Origin: Negaprion brevirostris
Lineage: Eukaryota
NCBI GenBank assembly: GCA_030324005.1
Contig: JARDVH010000157.1
Span: 19,372,903-19,436,902 of the forward strand
Direction of reading: 5' to 3'
DNA length: 64,000 bases
This document shows positions 51,501 through 63,500 of the stretch, piece by piece. Numbering within the stretch: the first letter of the stretch is position 1; every line of letters starts with the position of its first letter. The translations under genes were made by a program, and so were the position numbers. A model generated the notes under the pieces. The model searched no databases. It saw nothing but the letters and a program-made list of their open reading frames with translations, and was not told the DNA's origin.

Positions 51501-54500
51501 GCAGCATTACCAAATAAAATTTAAGTATTAATGCGGGTGACTAAAAGCTTGGTCAAAGGGGTAGGTTTTTAAGAAGCATCTTAAAGGAGGAGAGGCAGAG
51601 AAGCCTATGGACTAGGCAACTACAAAAATGCTTACCAATTGTAGAATAGTGGGAATTGGGAATATGTACGCAACCAAATTTGAAGAGCGGAAATATCTGA
51701 GGGCTGGAGAAGGTTTCAGAGATTGGGAAGTTGGGGATGAGGCCAAGGAAGGATTTGAATACCTGGGTGAAACTTTTGAAATTAAGGCTTTGCTGGACCT
51801 GGAGCCAAGCTAGAGCAGATAGTACAGGGGCGATAGTTCAGAGGAACTTGGTGTGAGTAATAATATGGGAATAGGAAATTAAGGTTGCAATCAGTTTATC
51901 TCAGCTTCAGACAGTGGCTAGAGAGGAGGAGGATGTTGCATCTTATTTGTGCTCAGCATATTCCAAAGCCCTTCACAGACAATAAATTACATTTGAAGTG
52001 TAGTTGCTGTTGTTATGCCAAACAAACAATGCAGCTAATTTGCACAGAGCAAATTCCAACCAGTGACCAACTGAAATTAAAACACAAATGCTGGAAATAC
52101 TTAGGAGGTCAGATAGAATATGTGGAGAGATAAGCAGAATTAATATTTCATGTTGATGACACTTCAGCTGACCTTGTCAGAAGTAACCAATTTATTTGAT
52201 TTTGTTAAGTTGAGTGCTTGTTGCATGGAGGCAAGATCACCAAAATCATTTGTTGCTGCTCCTTAAATAGTGCTAGTGGATGTTTTATGTCTATCTACCT
52301 TGTTAGGCTGATAGCCTTATTTATCGTAGTGTAAAACAGTGAATGGCATTACTCCTTCACTGCTGCACTGAAATGCCAGCCAAGATTATGGACTGAAGTC
52401 CTGGTTTGGGACTTGAACCCCACAATCTTTTGATTCTGTGGCAACAGTGCTATCAGCTGAGCCTAGCTGATGTTCAATACATTTGCTGGAAGCTGTTAAC
52501 TTGCTTAGTTATTGGATTGTTACTCCATTTACATAACCATCATATTTTGCTCTTTACTTACAGAGACAACCCAGAGGCAACACAGCAAATGAACGACCTA
52601 ATTATTGCCAAGGTTTCAACTGCACTGAAAGGACACTGGGCCAATCCTGACCTGGTGAGTATAAGGGTTTGGGCCTGCAGTTGAAGACAAAGGAATAGTG
52701 CTTGCCATTGTTCTCAAAAAGCTGCCTGCAAAGTCTTCTCGGACTTTAGAGCACAATGTCACTTTAACTTGCATTCCCTACATATGATCTATGACATCCA
52801 GCATTGATCAGCTAGTCAAGTTGAAGAATTCAAAGAATAGGAAAGCAGGAACTATAAATCACATTTAAATCATTGTAGAGAAATAAAGACTGAGGCATAC
52901 ATATTGCTTTAAGGGAGAAATGTAAATATTAGAGTCCAAACTTTATCGTTTTTTTAAACATTTCCAGTTTTTAAATATACATAGTAAAAGATTTAATTCA
53001 TTTTTCAAGACTGGAGAGCAGAAACAATAATTGTAGCCTAGTGCCAATATTCCCTCTTAATTTGCTTTGCTGTGCATGACCAGTTTATTTCAGTGCATGG
53101 TACGTTTATGTATTACAAAATAGATATATATTAAAATACAGCACACTGCGGTATTTTACAGGCAGGAACATTGAGCAGAGTGTGTGGTACCTTTCTGGTT
53201 GTGCATGCAACAAAGCTTAAGCTTAAAAACTCAACTTACTCCTGGCTTAAGTTTTCATTGGGCTTACAATGAAAATAGTGTTTAAACTATTGAAGATCAC
53301 AACATATAAGTAGCTGATAATTAATTCCATCTGTAAAGAGTAGCAATGCAGCCAGTGGGGGAGAAGGGCATCATTGACAGCAACTCTCAGATGTCTGCAT
53401 TTAACTGTGCTTATGTCAGATGGTGCTGTCAGTATTGGGACTTGCAAATTCCAAGCCAGTGGGTTTCCTCTTTTTTGGCTTAATCAGCGATTTCTGTGCT
53501 TTTAGAAGTTCTTCCGTGTTTTGTTGAAAATAATTTGCATATCACAATGTAAAATCTGCAACATGAAACTAGGCAATTAGNNNNNNNNNNTAGGCAGTGT
53601 TCTAAAACATAATTTAACTTTTTTTTCCAAAATATTACTTGACATTTTGAAGAGTGGTAATTTGATGCCAGGCACGGTGGCGTGCGCCTGTTATCCGGCT
53701 ACTCGGAGGCTGAGGCTACCGGATCGCTTGCAGTCAGGGGTTCTGGGCTACTAGCGGACTGTGCTGATCGGGCATCCGCATTAAGTTCAGCATCTATATG
53801 GTGCTCTGGGGGAACCTCGGATCATCAGGTGGGATAAAGAGGGGTAATTTGATGCAGTTTGGTTAATACACCCAGAAATTAGTACTGAATAAGAAGTATT
53901 TTAGTCAGTGTCGGTCTACAACCTATAAGTAACCCAATTTTAAATTACTTCTAAAAAAAATGAAGTTATTTGTTCTTCATATTAGGGTACTGTGGTCAGC
54001 TTCTTTGTAGATTTGTTTAAAAAATATATACATTCAAAGCTTTTAAAACATTCTTGTCTGTGTTCTTGAACCTCAAAGGACTAGCTTAACTTGAGATTTC
54101 TCAAGCAAGTGCTGTTATGGGAACCTAGGAGGTTAATTCATTCTGTTAGGTGGTATGGGTAGTTTTTTAGGCAAGGTTGTTCTCTTTTGGTGTCTTTTTT
54201 TCCTTAAACTGGTTTAAATGATTGTGGAAACCTGAACCTAATATGTGATTGAATTCTGCAATTTTTGCTTGGGTTACACTGATTTCAGGCAAAATGCACC
54301 AAGAAAAACAGCACAGTTGAGTGGAAACTGTATCTCCATTGTGAACCAGCTGGTAGCTCCCCTGTGACAACCAGACACCATGACTTATGGTATGGTGCAA
54401 TATAATTCCTTGAGGTTTCACATTTGATGCCATGTTCAGTGCTGAGACGACTGATCACAACTGGAGCAAAAAGGTTTATTTAATCTTTATATACCTGCTG

Positions 54501-57500
54501 AGGGAGGGGACTATAAGCCAGGATTTTGATTCCTTGTTGCTGTTCCATAACTCTGCTGAGAAGAGCAGGGGAGAAAATGTAAGGCTTTAATGTTGGTACA
54601 GATGATGCAACACGTTAGCACAGAATTGGAATTATCCTGTGTTCTGGAGGCTCCACTTAAAGAACACTGGGCCAATCTGATCAATTTAAAGGCTGAGTGA
54701 GTGGGTAAGAACATGGCAAATAAAGATAATATAGGGGAGTGTGAAGTAAATCGCTTGTTGGAAAAAAACAGAGAAACAGAGTATATTTTAATGGTGACAA
54801 AATGGGAAATGGAACTCAAAGAATTCTGCGTTCAGGTACAGTAAAGATTTAGAAAAGCAAATAGTATGTTGGCCATTATTACAAAAGAATTGGGATATCT
54901 TACCATAATACTATAGGAACTTGGTGAGACCACACCTGGAATACTGAGTACAAATTTAATTTCCTTACCCAAGGAAAGATTTATTTGCCTTAGGAGGAGC
55001 GCTAGAAGGGTCACTAGACTGATTCCTGGGATTAAAGGATTGTCTTCTCAGGAGAAATTGAATAGGCTGGACCTATATTTCCTAGAATTTAAAAGAATGA
55101 GAGGCAATCTTGTTGAAACATGTAAAATTCTTCAGGATCTTGACAGGATGGATGCTAAAAGGATGTTTTCCCTGGTTGGGCAGTCCTGAAGTAATTTCTG
55201 GATTGTCCAGCCTCTGTGATTCTATTTTTAAAAAACATTTAGACAGTTACATGAGTAGGATGGGTATAGAGCTTTAAAAAAAGACGATATGAAGAAGTTG
55301 GGCCAAAGGACTGTTTCCATGCCATAAACCTCTATGATCCTATAAATAGGGTTCATCTTAGAATAAGATCATGATCATTTAGGAATGAGATGAGAAATTT
55401 CTTCAGTTTCTTCAAATTTTCTACTCCACTGAGCAGTAGATGCTCTGTATGTTCAAAACCAAGGTTGATAGTTTTTTGGGTACAAAAAGAATTAGGGATA
55501 CGGAAAAACTGTGGGAAGGTGGAATTGAGATTGATTAGCAGAGCAGGTTTGAGGAACGAATGGCCTATTTCTGTTCCCATTCCTAATGTTTCTTATATTC
55601 CAAAGTGACTTCTTAAAAATAGACAACCACTTGCTCTATTGGAGTACAGTAGTTAGATTCTTAGCAAATTGGCAAAGTAGCATTCAAAAGTTTTTTAAAA
55701 GTACCTAAAAGAAACAGCTTAACTTACAGTGCCTCTTCCATGACTGCACGCATGAGCAATTAGCAGAGCCTCTCTGGCAATTAGTTCAGCCTGTCTTTCC
55801 GTGGGCATTTGGTGAAGACAGGCTTGAGCTTGCCTGTGCGGTGTTTAATACCCTCTTAACATACAAGTTCAATATTTGAATATTTTGGGGAAAATTGCTT
55901 GAGGAAGTGGATGAGTGAGATACCTTTGAGATGCAAGATGGTTACCACCACCCACTTAACTACACCAAACTCAAAAAAAACTTCTGGAGAAGAAAATTGG
56001 GGAAGATACGTGAGAGTATTGGTTAAACATAAATAAAAACAAACATGTATTCACACTCACTTTCTGGCAATTTCTTGCTTACGTATTCTTGCACATCGTC
56101 ATAGGCTGTCAAACCCGTCCTCATGCCCCACCTTCTCACATGTACTTTCACTCTCATTAACATTTTGCCTCTCTCTGAATTTTGTATGTTTATTTCTACT
56201 TTCAGGCTAGTAGTCTTCAGTATGAGATGTTGTTGTTGACTGATTCAATTTCAAAAGAAGATGCATGCTGGGAGCTGAGACTTCGATGTGGTAAGCTTAA
56301 CTCAGTGTGAAATTATTTAATAAAACTCTCAATAGCAAGCAATCTCATTTTCTAAGTTATAATGAAACATTGTCTTCAACAATTATTTTCATTATAAAAC
56401 ATAAAAATCTACGGAAAATTAGTTTATATCAATTCAAAACTGCATTGTTGCTAGACCACATAAATTTTGAATTACTGCATTGTGTCCCGATTTGTTTTTC
56501 CATCCATAGCTCTGAGTCTGTATCTGATGGCTGTGAATATTAAGACCCCAGTGGTTGTTGAGAACATCACTCTGATGTGTCTGCGTATTCTACAACGACT
56601 GATTAAACCACCTGCCCCAACCAGTAAGAAAAACAAGGTGAGCCCGCTTACTGGTGATGAATACACTTACGCAACCTATCTGCTCTCTGATCTAACACAT
56701 TGATCTGGTTGCTTCTCTCTCTGTCTTGTTTATCACTATGCTCGCTCTCTTCTGCAGGACACCTCTGTTGATACACTTACAACTGTCAAACCCTATAGCA
56801 ATGAGATACATGCGCAGGCTCAAGCATGGCTCAAGAAGGATCCCAAAGCATCATATGAGGCTTGGAAGAAGTGTCTGCCTGCCAGAGGTAGAGACAACCT
56901 TCATTCATGATTTCTGATTTTAGCATGTTTACAGGTTTTAATGGTCCATCTCTAGGTTGGTGTGTATGTACAAAGAGTTACCACACCTGATGAGTAGAAA
57001 TGCTTTTTTCATATTGTTATATATTATCAACAGGAATCTGAGGTGATTTGGAATACTATAGTGTTTATCTGTGCTGCAGAATCATAAGAACATAAGAAAT
57101 AGGAGCAGGAGTAGGCCATCTAGCCCTTTGAGCCTGCACTGCCACTCAACAAGATCATGACTGATCTGAAGTGGGACAGTTCGGCTTTCCCACTTTCTCC
57201 CCATANNNNNNNNNNNNNNNNNNNNNNNNNNNNNNNNNNNNNNNNNNNNNNNNNNNNNNNNNNNNNNNNNNNNNNNNNNNNNNNNNNNNNNNNNNNNNNN
57301 NNNNNGAGGCTGGGCCCTCTAGTTCTGATTAGTAATCCTAAAACTAAATGGCTTACTGTGCACAAGATTTCCACAATAAAACTTTAGTGGCTTCATTTTC
57401 TCTAGCAGTAGGAGAGAGTAACTGACTTATTCGTTCATTTAAATAATCTCTATGGAGTGAAGTGGTTTACTGAGTTCTTCCTCCTTTCTTTGATCTTCTT

Positions 57501-60500
57501 TTCCCCTGCTGTAGGATTCAGCAGATAATCACTGCCAAGTCTCTGTCAGCACTGCTTTTGATGCAGCTGGTAGTGAATATATTTTAAAAGGCTCAAATTA
57601 CTTGTGACAACAGGTCACCCACTTGGCAGCACCTATTGATGGTGTGCCTGAGATCAGAAGCACATTGATCGGAACTTGCTAGCAAGAATTGCCATTTCAC
57701 TGCAGTATTTGGAAAGCCCACACACAGCGCCATTGTTATCTTAATTTGCATAATGGACCATTGCCCTTGCTCAGTTGACTTTGATCGAATGTGATGTGAC
57801 ATGTGCTTGAGCATATTGGATCCTGTAACAAACTGTGAGAGTAGGGGTGCAAGCCAGCACCAAGTTGTGCAGTTCCAGGCAATATACTGAACCTGACTAA
57901 GTGACTTGGGCTGCTCTACTTCATTTTAAGAAACACAAAACAAGTATTGACAAATTATGCAGAATCAGGTCCTTGCACAGCAAAATATTGTGAACGAAAT
58001 AGATGATGAAATGATGGATTCATTTTGAATCATTCCTCTGGATTGAAGTCCATTAGTTAATTCTTTTGTGCATAGATGAAAGCTTTGTGATAACACAGTG
58101 ATTGATTTGTGACTCATTTCCAACTCCCAAACAGCTTTGGACACTGAAGGAAAAACGCCAAGTAAAACTGAGCTACGACACCTCTATCTGATGGAGAAGT
58201 ACGCTTGGAAATGGAAACAATTCCTGAGCAAACGTGGAAAAAGGAATTCGCCATTAGACCTCAAACTAGGACATAATAACTGGCTTAGACAGGTAATGGG
58301 CAAAGATGGTAACACAAGAGGATAGAAGTATAAGAGCAAGACTGGCATGGGCCATTTACAGCAAAGATTTACCACCCATTATCTTCGATATGAGTGTTTA
58401 GATGTAACTAGCATATTCAATTTTTTCCTACCCTCACATACTGAGTGAACTTCTCCCCGGGGAAAAGAGAAGTTGGCCAGCAATAGTCTTTATACAGGAC
58501 GTTTTGTTCAGAAGGAGCATAAACATCAGCAGAAGCCAGGTGGGCAGACTGACCTGTTNNNNNNNNNNNNNNNNNNNNNNNNNNNNNNNNNNNNNNNNNN
58601 NNNNNNNNNNNNNNNNNNNNNNNNNNNNNNNNNNNNNNNNNNNNNNNNNNNNNNNNNNAGGTGGGCAGAATGACCTGTTTCTGTGCTGTAAATTCCATGT
58701 AATCTACTATTTTCTTCATTTTGTAGAGAGACTAAGACTGGAATTCTGATGTTGGATGCCCTGCACCATTGCCAGTGATAAGAGAATTTGGTGCTCAGCA
58801 GAACCGGAGAATCCAGCCATTGTTTTTGTTCAGTACAGTAATTGCAATCCTGCACGAATGGGTGTTCACAGGGAGAATCTAGCATTTGAACAATGCAGCA
58901 TCATTGACTCATATCTTTAAGATATGATTATAGGTTAATTATAATTCAAATCGGTCCCTGCAAATTTAGTGCTGTGCCCTCTTGTCCACTTGCTTGTGAT
59001 TACTTCCTCACATTGCTATATGTGGGAACTTCACAAAGGCGAAGACTTGGGCATCAAGCAGCAGGTGGAGGAACCTATGGGCTGGGAAGGAGGAACTGAA
59101 AGTGCAGAGAAAATTTTAGGGACACTTCTGAAATGGAGGAGGAAGAAAGCAATGGAAAGTCTGATAGAATGATACACCAGGAAGAGGACATTCATCAGTA
59201 TGTCTTTGCTGATTCTTTGAAGGGGCTATCCAGTTAGCCCCACTATCCCCGTAGCGTTGCAATTTTTTCCCTTGTCCTTTCTATCCAATCCTCTTTCAAA
59301 AATTACCATTGAATCTGCTTTTGCCACAGTCTCAGGCAGTGCATTCCTGATCATAATACGTTTCCAAGTGAGCTTTGAAGAGATTTCAAGAGGGTAGGAG
59401 TTCTGACTCCTGAGGAACAGCAGAAGGCCTGAGTTGGAAAATGTGGCTGAACAATTCACAGAGAACAATGGGCAAAGCCACAGCGACGTTTGCAGACAAA
59501 ATTCCTAGTGTTGATTTTCTGGGACTTGACAAGATTCTGGAATTTGGGGTCAAAGATGGTGGGTTACTGGGAGGGAGTATGGACCTGAGTTCTAGATTAG
59601 CAAAGGTTTGTGAAGGTGGGAAGAGTGTGAGGTAATTATTTCAGAATAATATGGTTGTGGTTTATGATTTCAGCAATGATGGGGGTGAGATCAGGTGCAA
59701 GCAATCAGTGTTGTGGAGGTTGTCTGAACCAGTTATTGTGAGACAGGGATTGAGATCAAAATGAAAGACGTCACTATTGTAAAACTGTGCATAATTTTTT
59801 AAAAATGATGCAAGATTCCTGAATCCAGGCATGTATTTGTCATAATTAAAATGAGAGTCACAGTCACCTTTCCTGCTGTGGCCCCTAATAGCAATTGTTT
59901 TGCTTCATGTGAACTAATTCATCTGGAAGGAACAGGTTCTTCACATATTGCCAATCCTTTGCAATATGCTTCTAATCCTACTCCTAACATTGTCACAGAA
60001 TTCAACAGCAATTCTGCACTTGTTCACTCCCCGCTGAGTGGGTGGCCAAGGCTCTGTCTCCCTCACCAGTTGGGTGTCTTTGGAGTCTCCCCCCCTCCCC
60101 AGGCTAGGTAGCTGAGCCCACCCCTCTCTCCCCTGCTGGGTGGATGTGTGTAAGTCCCCTTCCCTGCTGACTGGGCAGCTGAGGAACCTAAAATTAATGG
60201 TCTCGCCTGTTTTCTGCTGTTCTAAAATCATTGTTCCATTATGAGTGGCACACAAGCCATCTGACTTTGCTGTTTTTCAGGTCCTGTTCACTCCTGCAAC
60301 ACAAGCTGCACGGCAGGCTGCCTGTACAATTGTGGAGGCACTTACCACCATCCCAAGCCGCAAGCAACAAGTTCTTGATCTTCTTACCAGGTATGTTTCT
60401 TTCAGCAATCCAGTTCTAGCCAGTTGGTGATATTTGTCAATATTAAACATCTGTGATTTTTGATTTGTATTCTGATCAGGTATCCAAGTTCCCTAATGTC

Positions 60501-63500
60501 TGTGAAAAGATTTGTGCAAGTTGGAGCAAGGGCAGATCAGCTTCATCAGGCACTGTGAACTTATCCATGAAACAAATTTGCACTTGTAAATCCTTAGAGA
60601 AGGAAAGTGTAAAGGGGATATGATTTTATTGCAAGTAAATTGGACTTTTAACAATAGATAGTCTTGGCAGATATTTCTTCAGTGTTTTATATGAATATTA
60701 TTTTTCTTGTCAACATGTTATTCGTTCTGCTGGTATGTCAATTGCACGACATGTTCTTTAGCAATAAAAACTGAAAGGCTGGAAATACACAGCAGGTTGT
60801 GATAACATATCATTTTGGGTCTGTGACATTTCATCAGATCTGGGAAAAGTTAGAGATGTAATAGATTACAAACAAGGGGTGGGTTGGATTGGGGTTTGGC
60901 AGGGGGCTGGCAGAGCAGTTGCTCTAAAGTCACACCTCCAAGAAAACATCACAGCCTAGGATTGTGCATTTTCACTAATGCTAACCCCATTTGTTGATCA
61001 ATGAGCAGCCTTAAAGACTCAGTGTTCATAGGTGGAACCACTGGGACACCTGCTCAATATTAAAATGGTACTTTACAATTTCAGCTTTGTTTTTGTATTG
61101 TCAGTTACCTGGATGAGCTGAGTGTTGCTGGTGAGTGTGCAGCTGAATACCTTGCACTCTATCAGAAACTCATCAAACCGCCTCATTGGAAGATCTACCT
61201 GGCAGCCCGGGGAGTACTGCCATACATCGGAAACCTGATCACAAAGGTCTGTCTTTGCTTCCATTCCAAAACAAATCAGAAAACCCTCAGGTGGTACAAT
61301 TCTTTTCCGTAACATTATGTCATGATTTGCACAGCCGTTTGTCCCCACCCTGCTTAATGTCCCAATTAATTGGCTTCAGCCCAAACTTCAGAGTGAGGAA
61401 ATGTTTACCAGTGTTTCTCACTCCCACACCATGAGCTATTCAAGTGTGTCTGGTTGGCATTCGCTGCGAAACTAATTACTTGTTAATCCCTCGGGAGTCT
61501 ATTGCATTATTTGGGTTCATTAGCTCCTAGACAGGTTTAAAGCAGATGTGCACAACCAATATGCTGACAACACTGGTTTAGGTCAGTTGTAATGGGCAGG
61601 GTGACATTTCAGAATTGTCATTTTGTACCTGTCTGAAGGTTCGGGATATGAGCTGTAGTCTGAGGAAGTAGATGGGTGCGTGATTGATATTTTAGGCATT
61701 GGGTTAATTGAATCTCTACCTTCCATTGTTTTAGGGTGGCATTTTATTGGAATATCATTGTCAGCAACGTCTGTTATTGGGCAATACTACCCCCATTGAA
61801 ATGTCAGACTTTTTACAGGGGCATTAGACACCTTCAAAGGGTTCAATCCCAGTTATCAAAATTTTCCTGTTTAAGTACTGTGGGAACAGAGTTTGCAGTA
61901 ACTTCATTACAGAAGTTGCATAGAGCAGAATCCCAACCGTGCAGAAGGAGGCAATTTGGCCCATGGAGTCTGCACTGACCACAATCCCACCCAGGCCCTA
62001 TCCCTGTAACCCTGCATATTTACCCTGCTAATCCCCAGCACTAAGGGTCAATTTACTTTGGCCAATCAGCCTAACCTGTACATCTTTGGACTGTGGGAAG
62101 AAACCAGAGGAAACCCACAGAGACGCATGCAAATTCAACATAGACACCCGATGCCGGAATTGAACCCGGGTCCCTGGATTCTCTGGCCACGCGCGCCCAA
62201 GACCAGAAATTCCCACCTGAGCTCAGTGGATCTTTAAATCGTCCGCCAAATTTTCTGTCTTGCCCACTGTGATTCCTGTGGCAGGCGAGACAAGCGAATT
62301 TCAGCCTGTGTAGTTGGGTGTTGGTATGAAATAGAAATTGCCACGAATTTTACATGAAATATGTGTTCTCCCTGTTTGACTGAGCAATACCTTGTCGTCT
62401 ACGGTCTTCATTTAATCATGAATCTCCTCCATTAACTTTAAAGGAAGCTAAATCTTACTGTTAAAAATCAAAAGGAAAAATGCTGGAAATACTCGACCAG
62501 CCAAACAGCATCTGTAGAGAGAGAACTAAAGTTAATATACCAGGCCATAACCTTTTCTCGGAGCTTCAGGGTTGTTCTTTTCATTGTATTACTTATTTTT
62601 CCTTATTAATGTAAATCTAATTTTCCCAGTCCCGTTCAAAATTCTTCAGTATTCAAGAGATCATCTGTTCATTTGTTTATGTTGCCATTAAGGTATATGA
62701 ATGTGTTCTTTTTCATAGTTAGATCTTTACCACTAATTCTGTACAGAACAAAAGGCAACAGTGATTGAGACAAACTAAAAATTCTCATTCAGGAGGACAG
62801 CAGGAATCCTGTTAAGGAGCAACAAGGTGTAGTCCAATTGCATAGCAAGTTAGTCTTTTGCATTACTGAGCACCATCATTTGTTTCTGCTGAGTTCACTG
62901 GTTTTAGCCTGCTGTTAGATTCCTGATTGCTATTCACTGACTCCTATTGGAGAACATGTGTAGATGTCAAGTGAGGACAGAATATGGCTTAGCTGTGTTG
63001 ACTTCCATTGTAGAATAACCACACTGTAAAGCCACCCTAATGAAAATTGTCCATTTGAATGAAATACTAGACGGTGACCAGAGCCTGGGTCGTTCAAGGT
63101 GTCACCATTTTCTTGAGAAATCAAAGAATAGCAGTCTTTTCATCGCTGAATCATCTTTGCCCACTGTGTCTGAGTCCGTCAGTTATAATTCTCCTGCCAC
63201 CTGATTTGTGTTTTAGGAAATTGCCCATTTACTGGCACTGGAGGAGGCAACACTTAGCACTGACCTTCAGCAGGGATATGCATTGAAAAGTCTGACAGGT
63301 GAGATGTACATTTGAGTGTTACAGATCAGCGTTGCACACTACCTACCAATAAATAATTTCATGTATTTTCCAAATTCACTGTTTTTGCTGCCATTTCAGC
63401 ACTGCTTTCATCTTTTGTGGAAGTGGAATCGATAAAACGTCACTTCAAGAGTCGCTTGGTGGGCACAGTGCTGAATGGCTACTTGTGTCTGCGAAAACTG

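Noticed and set aside
53667-53845. Human Alu contamination, or a functional 7SL gene
   Set aside because: It contains S-domain sequence absent from Alu and is embedded with a TSD. It lacks helix 8, the 3' strand and a Pol III terminator, so it cannot be a functional SRP RNA.
56985-57003. CTGATGAGTAGAAA as a sense-strand hammerhead core
   Set aside because: There is no room for stem II and no stems I or III are visible.
57730-57755. SOX-like (cattgtt) plus octamer (atttgcat) enhancer
   Set aside because: Spacing and orientation are non-canonical, and such short motifs are expected by chance in 64 kb.
58538-58680. Direct repeat aggtgggcaga(c/a)tgacctgtt flanking a 100-N gap (similar at 15445-15560, 3902-4075 and 53570-53597)
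   Set aside because: Typical overlap or haplotype duplication at scaffold gaps; not evidence of an array or a TSD.
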